From contig JAQGDQ010000460.1 in the NCBI GenBank assembly GCA_030141605.1, positions 118,238 through 182,237 of the forward strand: a stretch of DNA of 64,000 nucleotides, given 5' to 3'. Under the pieces are notes generated by a model. It searched no databases, had not been told where the DNA came from, and saw nothing but the letters and a program-made list of their open reading frames with translations. Made by a program: the position numbers and the translations under genes. Source of the stretch: Tubiluchus corallicola (lineage: Eukaryota; Animalia; Priapulida). This document shows positions 12,677-26,262 of this stretch, piece after piece (position 1 is the stretch's first letter; each line of letters opens with the position of its first letter).

Positions 12677-13519
12677 ATGGTTAATTTTACAGTAAATAAG
12701 ACAGAGCAAGCAGATCAGAAAGACGTGCTCATTCTAGAAATTTTCTTGTACTTGCATGTGTTTACTGTTGTGGCTATAATTGCTGGTAACACGTTAGTTC
12801 TGATGGCAGTTTATAAATATATACAGCTGCGGACAAAAACGAACACACTGATATTGTCGCTAGCTGTGACAGATTTACTAGTCGGACTAATTGTGCCTTT
12901 AGAAATCACTCGTTTGAGAAAAGGTAATTCAATTTTAATTCTAACTGTTGAATGCATTCTGGTGTTTTTGACATGTGTAAGCACAATACATCTATGTGTC
13001 ATAGCTGCAGAAAGATATCTGGCCGTTTTACATCCCCATAAGTACAATAACTACATTACAAAGAAGACAATGACAGGTTGTATTTTTGTCGTTTGGTTTC
13101 TTGGATTCACTACAGCCTCTCTGCTTCAAGTACTAGAATTTACTGGAAGACCTGATTTAAAAATAGTGGTGGATAAAGTGCTACTCTTTTATTTGCCTCT
13201 AATCATACTATCAGTACTATACACAACAATATGGAAGGCTGCACGGAGGCAAGTGTTGAGAATTCATCAAGAAAATCGACAGACTAGTGTAAAGGTGGCA
13301 GAAATGAAAGCAACAAAGATGTTACTTGTGACCACTGTTGTATTTTTCGTTTGCTGGGGGCCAGCTTTCATAATTAGAAAATCGTATTCTGAGGAAAATC
13401 ATCTAGATATGTCGTGGTTTTGGTTTGGATATTGCAACAGTTTTGTTAATCCAATAATCTATGCCGTAATGAACAGTAAGTTTAGAACAGCTTTCAAGAA
13501 AATATGTTTGTGCAAGTAA
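12677..13519 (+). CDS. Intronless class A GPCR G4
   Basis: 280 aa; ERY, FYLP, CWGP, NPIIY, KKICLCK. Confidence 0.93.
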   Translation: MVNFTVNKTEQADQKDVLILEIFLYLHVFTVVAIIAGNTLVLMAVYKYIQLRTKTNTLILSLAVTDLLVGLIVPLEITRLRKGNSILILTVECILVFLTCVSTIHLCVIAAERYLAVLHPHKYNNYITKKTMTGCIFVVWFLGFTTASLLQVLEFTGRPDLKIVVDKVLLFYLPLIILSVLYTTIWKAARRQVLRIHQENRQTSVKVAEMKATKMLLVTTVVFFVCWGPAFIIRKSYSEENHLDMSWFWFGYCNSFVNPIIYAVMNSKFRTAFKKICLCK

Positions 13520-14159
13520 GAGCCAAGTAACAGAATATGTGAAGATTGCAATGGTCAGCAAAACATGTGGTTTACGGCCATGAAAAATAGAAAAGTGTTT
13601 TATAAACAATGCATTTATTGGAACGGGAATTCATATGAGTCGAATATTTGGTGACACGTTCTGTAATTTGGTGTGGCTACAGGTTTCCATTTAACATTTT
13701 CAAAAACCATCTTCTCAGGCAACCTGTTGTCAGTCTTTTATAACGTTCATGCACAAAAGTTAGTATTGCTTTGTGTGAAGTGACAACATTGATATCTCAT
13801 CAAATATGAGCAGTAGATCGATGTATATGGTATGTGGTATGAAAACAAAAACTTTAAAATCACGGATTTAAAGAGATTTTAGGAAACACTAATAACACTC
13901 GATGCTTATTGCACATTTGTTACTGGAAGTTGCTAACATTTTTCTCAGGAATTTCAATGAATATAACCTCCAATTCTCTCCATAGAGCCTTGACCTTACT
14001 GTACATTGGACATGGGTGAAGGCACACTGACTTGTGAGCTACTTGAAATTCATTGAGCACAAGTAATTTTATATTGAACATGACATCAATTAAGTCCAAT
14101 AAACGTGTGGAAAGTCATATGCTACTTGAAGTGCAATAAAAGAGTAAGAATGAAAAAAT

Positions 14160-14400
14160 ATATAGTGTTTGGAGGAGAACTGCCAGAGTATGAGCAGTTC
14201 AAAATTTCCGGTTTAGAATGTCGGAATTTTCTACGGGGAAATAGAGGAAGAGGACGATCCAAGCTGAGATGGGTTGAATTCATAAACGGAGACCTTAGAA
14301 AGAAGAACATAAATGAAGAGATGGTCAACAACAGGAATGCATGGAGAAGACTTATGCACAACGGCGACCCCGCATAGGAAAAAGCTGGGGAGAAGAAGAA
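14160..14400 (+). mobile_element. 3' end of an RTE-clade LINE
   Basis: Translates to GNRGRGRSKLRW...DLRKKNINEEMVNNRNAWRRLMHNGDPA*, typical of RTE RT C-termini, followed by a (GAA)n tail. Confidence 0.8.
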
Positions 14401-16137
14401 TGTCGGATTTTGTACTATTTTTAGGTATCATAAATGGACAACTGGACTAGTCATTTAGATAAAAACGAAATTGTGAGTTCACGATAATCAGTGAAACATA
14501 AACCAAAGCAAATTTTTGTGTGATTTCACTCCTTATGTGATTTCAAACTTTTAACAAGTGTAAAAACACTCACAGACTTGTGCACTATTTAGGACTTCCC
14601 TAACCGGTGTCTCTTAGGTTAAATGTGACATCATGCCTAAACGTGAGATGGATGCAAGGAAGGTGCTAAATTACTTTAAGAATGATAAAAAAAGGACAAC
14701 GAACTGCCAGTGCACAGAATGAGGCTGAGAGTTTCGAATTTCTCAAGCCAATGTGAAATTTCCTGAGCAGGAATATTTCAAAACTTTAAATATACTGCTT
14801 TTCAGCCATGGATATGAACAGTCAAGACTTTTAATTTAGACAAAAGGGAATTTCAATGTACATTAATTAGTGCAATGTATAATGTGCACTCAGCTATTCC
14901 ACTTGCATTCCAAAAAAACCTTTAGTGAGTCAACACCCTAAGGAAAAGACTCAGAACTCTATTAAGGCTTCTACATGGACATCGTTTTAAGTTAATTCGC
15001 ATGTAAGCCCTATTGTTCGCGATTGCGTGAAAATATGCAACACTTAATTCATAACGATCCTAGCAAAGCAACTTCAGCATGAGCTTTTAACATTCAGGTG
15101 GGTGTTAAACACCAAAGCATCATGTTGCATAAGGCAAACGGAAAATTTGTTAGGTAGGTTTGCACTGATAATTTTGCTCCAGTGTGACTAGTTTAATATA
15201 ATACAGTTCTAATTCTACTTTAGTGTGACTGTAATTACACTAGCTTTCGCTTACTTTCTATTTCCAGATGATTTTAACTAAATACTGGAGCTTTTACTTA
15301 TGTTCTACTTTTTAATTAGATCGATTTTCAATTAATGTTTTCATGTGACTTAATTTATAAATTATGCTACCCAGGCTGGGATTAATAAATGATGAATGTT
15401 TTTGTTGAATGTGAGGTGGATGGTAGTTAATTTAAGTTAATTTAAACTTAATTAGTGACATGAAAATATTATGCATTATTGTCTACAGTAGTCACTCCCA
15501 GTACATAATGCAACAGCTGAGCAGTGTTTTCAGCTACCGAAAAAACTAACAAGCCAGGGTCGAATTCCATTTTTTTTATTAGTTAGTCATTTAGTGGTCG
15601 ATTGCAACCTGTGCAGTTTTCTCTTAAAAGTCATATATGTACCCAACATTAACCCTTTCCATAACTACATGCTATACAAAGAAAAATATATAGCCATGCA
15701 TACCTAGTGCAACAAAGAAACGTAAATATGAGCTAATGCACTCCATAAGAGGCAGCTATAAAAAGCAGCTAGCTTTCGTGGTCAGAGTAAGAAAGTCAAT
15801 AATTGTCAGTTGACCGATATCCATTTTGTTCTAGCAGATAAGTCAAATAAGTAATCTCCAACACAGTATTGGCTCAGTATAGCACACCAGTAAGATCTGT
15901 TCCATACATCTCCACTCATTGTTCTTTTTAGACTCAAATGTAAACTCAGGAATAGATTAGCAATTTCAATCTCTTCCAAGCATTTAACAGAAAGCCTACG
16001 AAAATGCAAGATTTGTATTGTGTAAATGTATTCTGTGCTTTTCTATACAAAGTGTATGGCATTTTACAGTAAAGAGATATCCAAGATGTTCGTGTACTAC
16101 TCCTGTGCTATAAAAAGGCACTATATTTTCAAAGATA

Positions 16138-16986
16138 ATGGTTAATTTTTCAGTAAATATGACAGAGCAGGAAGGGCAGAAACAACTGTGTATTACTGCA
16201 CAATTTTTTTCATACTTGTATGTGTTTACTGCCGTGGCTATAATTGTTGGCAACATGCTAGTTCTAGTAACAGTTTATAAGTACATACAGCTCCAGACAA
16301 AATCGAATGCACTGATTGTGTCGCTAGCTGTGGCAGACTTACTAGTCGGACTAATGCTGCCTTTAGAAATTGCTCATTTGTGAAAAGGTAACGCAAATTT
16401 ATTTCTAGTTGGTGAATGCATTATGATATTTTTGATGAGTGTGAGCATAATACATCTATGTGTTATAGCTGCAGAAAGGTATCTGGCTGTTTTACATCCC
16501 TATAAGTACAACAGCTACATCACAGGGAAGATGATAGCTGCTTTCATTTGTGCTACTTGGTTTCTTGTGTTTGCTGCAGCCTGTCTAATCATAGCATTAT
16601 ACATCCCTAATGGATTTCATTCAGTAGTTCTCGTGGATAACATTTTGTTCTTCTATTTGCCTCTAATCATACTATCAGTACTGTACACAATAATATGGAA
16701 GGCGGCACGGAGGCATGTGTTGAGAATTCATCAAGAAAATCCACAGGCTAGTGTAAAGGTGTCAGAAATGAAAGCAACAAAGATGTTACTTGTGGTCACT
16801 GTTGTATTCTTCATTTGTTGGGGACCTGTTTTCATAATTGCAAAACTAGATCCTGTGAAAAGTGACCACTATACTTCACTCAGGCTTTGATTTGGATTCT
16901 CCAACAGTTTTGCCAATCCAATCATCTATGCTGTAATGAACAGCAAGTTTAAAAAAGCTTTCAAGAAAATCTGTTTGTGCAGATGA
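16138..16986 (+). pseudogene. Full-length GPCR G5 with two in-frame TGA stops
   Basis: Single frame, 283 codons; TGA at 16381-16383 (AGA in paralogs) and 16888-16890 (TGG in paralogs); no indels. Confidence 0.88.
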
Positions 16987-19900
16987 AGGCAAAATTAACA
17001 AGTATGCAAATTAGTGAGTAGTGTGTTGGTGAATAAGAAATCATGTCTATAAAAAATGAAATACATATAAAACTTTTTTGAATGAATTACCATCAATGGA
17101 AAACATTAAATAACATTTCAAGCAGCAGGCAACATTTGTAACAACAAGTCAACTACAGCACGTCAGCCTGCTGTGAATTTAAATTCAGCATGATATGCCC
17201 ACGAGAGTGAAGATTGGTAAAATTTCAACACAGACTTCTTGAAATTACAATGTCAGGTTAAAAATCGAGTTCCATCAATCTATTCATAGTACGTTCTAGT
17301 ACAGCCCTGAGATGGCACTCAATACAATGGCACTAAGAAAACAATAAGGAAATGAATTAGTTTCTATCATGGTCTTCACCACAGAAAACTAAACACTCAT
17401 TTTGATTTGTTATCAAGAAGAAATGGAACTTGAACCTCTGGACTCTGTAATGCTGTCCTGAGTTTCTCAGAGAAGATGTACGAAAGCTGAACAGAGTCGT
17501 TTGATGCAGAGGAACTAAAAGCAAACATTATATTCTGCTGAGACCAAATGAATCTTAAAGAAGTGAGAAACTGCATCGGCTGTAGTTTGAAATGAAAATG
17601 GTGAACAGTGGAGTACTTACTGTAAATTTTAATGCAATGACAAACTTTTTTCCTGTATTTATTTTTTATATCGCTTATTTAATACTTATTTATCTTTGTT
17701 TACAAGCGATTCCGCTATTTTCCTTTTACATTATCGCGTTCAAAATTCATTCATAATATAGTACAGTCTCTATGTTATAGTCTCTAGTACAATATTGTAT
17801 ATTTTTATTCTCTTCCATTCAACTTGCTAGACGTCAGTCATCCGAAAAGTAACAAAAATTTCAAAACTTTCTTCAAGTTTCACATAATTCGAAATATAAA
17901 AATAAATATCTGTCTGGATTTACTCTCTATTTAATGTTGTAATTTGGAAAGCTCTCATTAGGCAATTACAGGCAAGATGAACGGCCGAGATGTCATGGTG
18001 TGTACTTCACAACTGAAGCTAAGCACAAGCTGAGCTTGGTAAGCAAATCGTTCTTGACCACTTGGGTTCGGTACTTGCTCTCTGAAGTTTCATTAGCTAC
18101 GTTGAATGTCGCTGTCACCTTGTTGAATATTTAATAGTGAGTTACACAGCTTTACACCTGTTCCCTTTACCAACAAATCACCTTTATTGAACTGACGCCT
18201 TCAGTCAACGCGTCTCTTGTGCAAACATTTCATGATAAATAACGTCTTTTGTTTAATACTGATGCAAAACTCTATGTATCCCATATTTAGACTTCCGTGA
18301 TGGAAAAATGTGAAAGTTCTCACAGACTTGGCAGCTATCTAAATTTTACCTGACAAGAGTCTTTCATGTTGAATGTGACATCATATCCACGAGGTGTCAC
18401 ATAAGTGCGAAATACTTGTTATATCTTGCTTCAAGTGTGATGAAAGGATGAAAGGTCGCGTGGATAAAAATACACCTTTTCTCCAGTAGAAGAAAACTAA
18501 AGAATGCTAACACAAATACTGGTGAAAAAGTACTTTACACTTTCAATGTTGAGTCAGTGGAATTTTGTATTAGCAAAGTATGCAGTGTATACAGGATAAG
18601 CGACTAATGTACCATCAAATAAAATACTAAGCTTGAATGTACAATGGTTAATTTTACAGTAAACAAGACAGAGCAAGCGGATCAGGAAGACGTGCTTATT
18701 CTAGAAATTTTCTTGTACTTGTATGTGTTTACTGCCGTGGCTATAATTACTGGTAACACGTTAGTTCTGATGGTAGTTTATAAGTACATACAGCTACGGA
18801 CAAAAACGAATGCACTGATCGTGTCGCTAGCTGTGGCAGACTTGCTGGTTGGAATAATGCTGCCTTCAAAAACAGTCATTTCTAGACTTTCTAATGCAAT
18901 GTTAAATCAAGTCAATGAATTTATTCTAGTGCTATTGACAGGTGTGAGCATAATACATCTATGTGTTATAGCTGCAGAAAGATTTCTGGCTGTTCTACAT
19001 CCCTATAAATACAATAACTACATTACAAAGAAGACAATGGCAGGTTGTATATGTGTCGTTTGGTTTTTTGGATTCGTTACAACCTCTCTGCTTCAAATAC
19101 TAGAAATTACAGGAAAATCTGATTTAAAAACAGTAGTGGATAATGTGCTATTCTTTTATTTGCCTACAATCAAACTGTCAGTATTATATGCATCAATATG
19201 GAAGGCTGCACGAAGGCAAGTGTTGAGAATTCATCAAGAAAATCCACAGACTAGTGTAAACGTGGCAGAAATGAAAGCAACAAAGATGTTATTTGTGACC
19301 ACTGTTGTATTCTTCGTTTGCTGGGGGCCTTTTTTCATAATTAGAAAACCAGATTCAGCGAATAGTGCTCTGAATTATTCCTTCTGCATTTGGTTTGGAT
19401 ATTGCAACAGTTTTGCCAATCCAATCATCTATGCCGTAATGAACAGCAAGTTTAGAAAAGCTTTCAAGAAAATCTGTTTGTGCAGATGAAGGCAAAATTA
19501 ACATGTATGCGAATTAGTGAGTCGTGTGTTGGTCAATAAGAAATCATGTCTACAAAAAAATGAAATACATAGAAAAGTTTTTTGAATGAATTACCATCAA
19601 TGGAAAACATTAAATAACATTTCAAGCAGCAGGCAACATATGTAACAACAAGTCGACTACAGCACGTCAGCCTGCTGTGAATTTAAATTCAGCATGATAT
19701 GCCCACGAGAGTGAAGATTGGCAAAAATTTAAACACAGACTTCTTGAAATTGCAATGTCAGATTAAAAATCGAGTTCAATCAATCTATTCATAGTATCTT
19801 CTAGTACAGTCTTGTGGTGGCACTCAATACAATGGCACTGAGAAAACAATAAGGAAATCAATTAGTTTCTATCATGGTCTTTACCACAGAAAACTAAACA

Positions 19901-21590
19901 CTCATTTTGATTTGTTATCAAGAAGAAATGGAACTTGAACCTCTGGACTCTGTAATGCTGTCCTGAGTTTCTCAGAGAGGATGTACGAAAGCTGAACAGA
20001 GTCGTTTGATGCAGAGGACCTAAAAGCAAACATTATATTCTGCTGAGACCAAATGAATCTTAAAGAAGTGAGAAACTGCATCGGCTGTAGTTTGAAATGA
20101 AAATGGTGAACAGTGGAGTACTTACTGTAAATTTTAACAATGATAAACTTTTTTCCTGTATTTATTTTTTATATCGCTTATTTAATACTTATTTATCTTT
20201 GTTTACACGAAAACGTCTGTATAACATCAATGTCAGAATTTTCAAGCGATTCCGCTATTTTCCGTTTACATTATCGCGTTCAAAATTCATTCATAATATA
20301 GTACAGTCTCTATGTTATAGTCTCTAGTACAATATTGTATATTTTCATTCTCTTCCATTCAACTTGCTAGACGTCAGTCACCCGAAAAGTAACAAAAATT
20401 TAAAACTCTCTTCAAGTTTCACAAAATTCGAAATGTAAAAATAAATTCCTGTCGGGATTTACTCTCTATTTAATGTTGTAATTTGGAAAGCTCTCATTAA
20501 GCGATTAGAGCTGAGATGAACGGCCGAGATGTCATGGTGTGTACTTCACAACTGAAGTCAAGCACAAGCTGAGCCTGGTAAGCAAATGGTTCTTGACCAC
20601 TTGGGTTTGGTACTTGCTCTCTGCTGTTTCATTAGCTATGTTTAAATATCTCTGTTACCTGGCTGAAGTAAGACATGTGAGATGTTGCATAGCAGACAAA
20701 GTGCTCTGAAACAGTTTTAATGGTAGTCACCCCTCTATTTAATAGCGAGTCACAGCAGCGCAACTTTTTCCACTCAGCATTGTACACCTGTTCCCTTTGC
20801 TAACAAATCACATTTACTGAGCTGACACCTTCAGTTAAGGCGTCTCTTGTGCAAACATTTCATGATAAACAACGTCTTTTGTTTAATACTGATGCAAAGC
20901 TCTACATATCCGAAATTCAGATATGCGTGTTGTAAACGTGTGAAAACCCTGGCAGATTTGTGTGCTGTCTAAATTTTACCTGACAAGTCTTTCATGCTGA
21001 ACGTGGCATCATATCCACGAGGTGCCAAGTAAGTGCGAGGCAGGCAATATCCTACTTCAAGATTGATGAAAGGATAACGACAACAGTAAAAGTGGTGCAC
21101 AGAGCAAGGCAGCCAGGTTTGGATTTTTGCCATTTTGAACTTATTCGAGCACGTGTACTTCAAAACATTGAATTTGCACTGTGAGGTTTTTAAAGTATTT
21201 CTGACACAGATATTTAGACTATGTAATCTAGATAAGAGAAACATTTGATGAAATTCCATGTTAATTCATTTAATTTATTAAAACAAAAGACCAGAAGAAA
21301 CCTAAAAAACGCTTACAGGACACCGAAAATATCCTGTGAGAGATTTATACAGGATTGTTCGGATTTTGCTGTCATGTAGAAGATTATGCGGATAAAGAGA
21401 CACCTTTTCTCCATTAACTTTCTTCCATTTTCTCTAGTAGAAGAAAACTAATGAATGCTAACACAAATACTGGTGAAAAAGTACTTTACACTTTCAATGC
21501 TGAGTCAGTGGAATTTTGCATTAGCAAAGTATCCAGTGTATACAGGATAAGTGACTAGTTCACCATCAAATAAGACATTCAACTTGAATG
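16987..21590 (+). repeat. Tandem segmental duplication of inter-GPCR spacer (16987-18640 ~ 19490-21590; also ~11324-12670)
   Basis: Long near-identical blocks, e.g. accatcaatggaaaacattaaataacatttcaagcagcaggc after G3, G5 and G6. Confidence 0.9.
18644..19489 (+). CDS. Intronless class A GPCR G6
   Basis: 281 aa; ERF variant, CWGP, NPIIY, KKICLCR. Confidence 0.93.
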   Translation: MVNFTVNKTEQADQEDVLILEIFLYLYVFTAVAIITGNTLVLMVVYKYIQLRTKTNALIVSLAVADLLVGIMLPSKTVISRLSNAMLNQVNEFILVLLTGVSIIHLCVIAAERFLAVLHPYKYNNYITKKTMAGCICVVWFFGFVTTSLLQILEITGKSDLKTVVDNVLFFYLPTIKLSVLYASIWKAARRQVLRIHQENPQTSVNVAEMKATKMLFVTTVVFFVCWGPFFIIRKPDSANSALNYSFCIWFGYCNSFANPIIYAVMNSKFRKAFKKICLCR

Positions 21591-21594
21591 TGCA

Positions 21595-22437
21595 ATGATT
21601 AATTTTACAGTAAACGTGACAGAACAAGCAGTTCAGAAAGACTTGAGTGTTCTAGAAATTCTTTTATACTTGTACGCATTTGCTGCTGTGGCTGTAATTG
21701 CTAGTAATATGTTTGTTCTGATAGCAGTTTATAAACACATACAGCTCCAGACAAAAACGAATGCACTGATCGTGTCACTGGCTGTGACAGACTTACTAGT
21801 CGGACTAATGCTGCCTTCAGGAATCGTTCTCTTGAGAAAAGCTAAAGCAATTTTAGTTCTAGCTGGTCCAATCATTTTGGTGTCTTTGACAAATGTGAGC
21901 ATAATACATCTATGTGTTATAGCTGCTGAAAGGTATCTGGCTGTTTTACATCCTTATAAATATAACAACTATGTCACAGAAAAGGCTATAGCTGGTCTCA
22001 TTTGCGCTACCTGGTTTCTTGGGTTTGCTACAGTCGGTCTAACTGAAGCACTACAGACGACTCAATTTTACTTAAGAGGTATTTTGGTTAGAATTCTATC
22101 TTTTTATACACCTATGATCATACTGTCGATATTATATGCGTCAATATGGAAGGCTGCACGGAGGCAAGTGTTGAGAATTCACCAAGAAAATCCACAGACT
22201 AATATAAACGTGGCAGAAATGAAAGCAACAAAGATGTTACTCGTGGCCACTGTGGTATTCTTCGTTTGCTGGGGGCCTAATTTCATAATTAGCAAACCAG
22301 ATCCTGCGAAAAAAGATCAAAATATTTTCCTCTGGCTTTGGTTTGGATACTGCAACAGTTTTGCCAATCCAATCATCTATGCCGTAATGAATCACAAGTT
22401 TAGAGTAGCTTTCAAGAAAATCTGTTTATGTAAGTAA
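21595..22437 (+). CDS. Intronless class A GPCR G7
   Basis: 280 aa; SN in place of GN in TM1, ERY, FYTP, CWGP, NPIIY. Confidence 0.93.
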   Translation: MINFTVNVTEQAVQKDLSVLEILLYLYAFAAVAVIASNMFVLIAVYKHIQLQTKTNALIVSLAVTDLLVGLMLPSGIVLLRKAKAILVLAGPIILVSLTNVSIIHLCVIAAERYLAVLHPYKYNNYVTEKAIAGLICATWFLGFATVGLTEALQTTQFYLRGILVRILSFYTPMIILSILYASIWKAARRQVLRIHQENPQTNINVAEMKATKMLLVATVVFFVCWGPNFIISKPDPAKKDQNIFLWLWFGYCNSFANPIIYAVMNHKFRVAFKKICLCK

Positions 22438-22974
22438 AAACTGACAATAAATATATGCTCACACACATAAGTAGTGCGTTTAGTATTACTTGAAGACATT
22501 AGCTGAAGTATAAATGATGGACATGGTTATAAATCATGGACTTTCATCCTCATCCATTTTCAAATGACGGAGCTTTTTAGCCTCTTTCTGCTTAGCTCAC
22601 AATAAACATCCAGCAAGAAATGATAATTTCAAAACTTCGAAAAAATGCTATGAATTTCGAAAACAATTCAAATGTTTGTCCAGTTTTACTGCATTTTTCA
22701 TATTGCACGCTGAAAGTGTAAAAAGCATTCACTAACTTTCAACTCACTCGACACGAATCTTTCATATTAGATGACACATTTAATATCAGATGAATATGAG
22801 GCAGTGTGCTAAGTTATTGTTAAGTTAAAAAAGAACTTTATTAGAAAAGTTTTTTATTTTATCAACAACACTTTTTACCTAATTTGACGCATTAAAATGC
22901 TACTTATTGCATTAGTACACACAACTGCACACATGTGTTAGAAATAGGAACTGCACACACTGTATTTCACTGCT

Positions 22975-22993
22975 TCAGTGTTTGCGGAGCCAC
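22975..22993 (-). CDS. Candidate short terminal exon of the TBC-like gene (S)WLRKH*
   Basis: ttatattttatcaatacag| acceptor, phase-2 compatible, TGA at 22977-22975, AATAAA on - strand at ~22840-22857. Confidence 0.35.
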
Positions 22994-23247
22994 CTGTATT
23001 GATAAAATATAAGTATTGTGTACATTCTGTAGGCATAGGTCTATCTTATTAGCATTTAGCTAGACGAGTAAAATGGACGTTGACATATAGAGTTTTCAAA
23101 GTGATCATCAAATCAAAATCAAATCAAATCAAGTTTATTTTTCTCTATAACATTTCAGGAATGTATACATATAAAAAAATATACAAACATAATTAGAGTA
23201 ATAAATGTGTTAATAAAGCAAATATAAAGTTAGCTACCCTTTATTAT

Positions 23248-23618
23248 ATGTGTGCTTGCATAGCAAAATCGTCCATAAGTGGGCAATTAAGTTTTTCTAG
23301 TTATTCTCATATCCTGAATCTCCATTTCATGAGGATCATTTTGATACCAAGCTCATCACTCTATGTTATTTCTAAGCTGAGACGATCAACGTTGAAATAG
23401 AGGTGCAGGCTGCACACTGAAATTCATAACCTTGAGAAAATCACTGTTAAACTCAGCCATTGTTTTTGTTGCGTCTCAACACACACTTAGCAACCGTACG
23501 AAAGTGTGGGTTCATTTTTTGGTTCATTTTCAAATTTTTGGTGTATTCTACTTTGAAGCATCATAACATAGATTTAACTATGCCGAATTATGGACAGTTT
23601 TGGTTTGCAAGCACACAT
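23248..23618. mobile_element. Degenerate MITE
   Basis: ~33-bp imperfect TIRs atgtgtgcttgcatagcaaaatcgtccataa / ttatggacagttttggtttgcaagcacacat. Confidence 0.6.
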
Positions 23619-23840
23619 GGCAACAAAATAGGTTAATTTGGGCATTGAGTAACACTGCAGATTAAATAATGATGTAAAGTTTTCTGTTAAATAATTGTAA
23701 ATAATTATCACCTAAATATATAATTTGTAAAATTTGATAACTTTTCTATATATGTTATCAAGTTATTTGCATCAAAATTAAGAAAAGAGTGAAAGTGAAC
23801 AAAATGAATGTTGTTTTGGAAAGACCCATACAACCTGTAG

Positions 23841-24147
23841 TAGGGGTGAGCATGGAACGTTCGAGTTTTTTTAGCTCAAATTCGATTCGAACCTAAAACT
23901 ATAGATTCGAATAATTCAGCATTTCAATCACATATGTTCTTTATCATTAAAACGATGAAACGTCATGCAATTAGCCTAATGTAGCTGTAATTTCTGTGCA
24001 AAATTTTTAAACAAATTATTGGTGGTTTTACTGCAGAACAAAATCGAGTAATATGCATGATAGAAATACTGAAGTTCGATTCGATTCGAATTCGAAAGTC
24101 ACAAATTCGATTCGAATTCGCTCTCTGGTAGAGAGTGCTCACCCCTA
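23841..24147. mobile_element. hAT-type MITE
   Basis: TIR taggggtgagca/tgctcaccccta, 8-bp TSD ACCTGTAG on both sides, internal TTCGAA repeats; decayed inverted copy at ~26600-26875. Confidence 0.85.
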
Positions 24148-24170
24148 ACCTGTAGTAAAAACACAATTTC

Positions 24171-25350
<1,180 letters not shown>

Positions 25351-25411
25351 CGAAATTATATATTCTAGTGTGAAATTATACCTAGCCGTGTAAAGGAGAA
25401 AGTTAACTTAC

Positions 25412-25524
25412 GATTCGGGTTTGAAAGCATCGTGTAAAGCATTTATATCCTTTCCAGAATGAAGGTATTTCCAGGCCAACTGAACATCACTCAGATAAAG
25501 ATTCGATGCTTCTTCATTGAAACA
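25412..25524 (-). CDS. TBC-like gene exon 8 (CFNEEASNLYLSDVQLAWKYLHSGKDINALHDAFKPE)
   Basis: ttctag| acceptor, TC|GTAAGT donor, phase 0 to 2. Confidence 0.8.
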
Positions 25525-25894
25525 CTAGAAGCAAATCAAATCACGATTTTTATTTCATGATTCTAGTTTCACACCTGACATCATAAAATTTTATCTTTTT
25601 GGTCACGTTTAGTTTCATAAGATCAATAATTGCTGATTCACACCATCATTCCAATCAAATCAAAAATTAGAGGAAAATGTCAAAATCTCTAAAATGCAGA
25701 ATTTCTAAATAATTATATTGTTATATCAGTATTTCTGTAAACTAAATACTCACGTCAATTATGCTAATGTATGACTTACTTAACTGGCTGCTCGGTTAAC
25801 AATATACAATTACTTTACACATTTAAACAAATAGTCTTAACTTTCAACCATGGGCTGGTTTATAGTTATGAGTAAAAAAATGGCTTCAGCATAC

Positions 25895-26056
25895 CTTGCA
25901 AATGTCATCCCAACTGAATGCTTCCAAAATTGAATCTTGCAGTAATTTCACAAGGAGCAAACAGGTGATTTTCATACTATGATCACTCCAGCTTGATATG
26001 AATAACTGATCCCATATAAATAAGACAACCTCCCATCTAACAAATCCCACAAAGCC
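25895..26056 (-). CDS. TBC-like gene exon 7 (GFVGFVRWEVVLFIWDQLF...WDDICK)
   Basis: ttttcccag| acceptor, AAG|GTATGC donor; VLFIWDQLF resembles the TBC C-terminal lrIWD motif. Confidence 0.85.
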
Positions 26057-26262
26057 CTGGGAAAAGAAAAGATGTTTCAAATAGCTCTTCCTCGATCCGC
26101 CTTTCCTCAAAAATCCCCTTCAAATCTTTTGGTGAACAGACAAACAAACAGACGCACACATTACACAATCTAACAAATTTGTTAATCTGATAAAAATCTA
26201 ACAAATTAATAGGTTTGAAATCTAAAAGTAAAAAGGTCGTAACAAAACATCCTGACTCTCAC

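Noticed and set aside
16381-16890. Selenocysteine reading of the two TGA codons
   Set aside because: Paralogs have Arg and Trp, not Cys, at these sites; both are single-base nonsense changes and no SECIS was recognised
2825-22437. Assigning TAAR, adenosine, histamine or octopamine receptor gene symbols
   Set aside because: Asp3.32 and Cys3.25 are absent and orthology cannot be shown without a phylogeny
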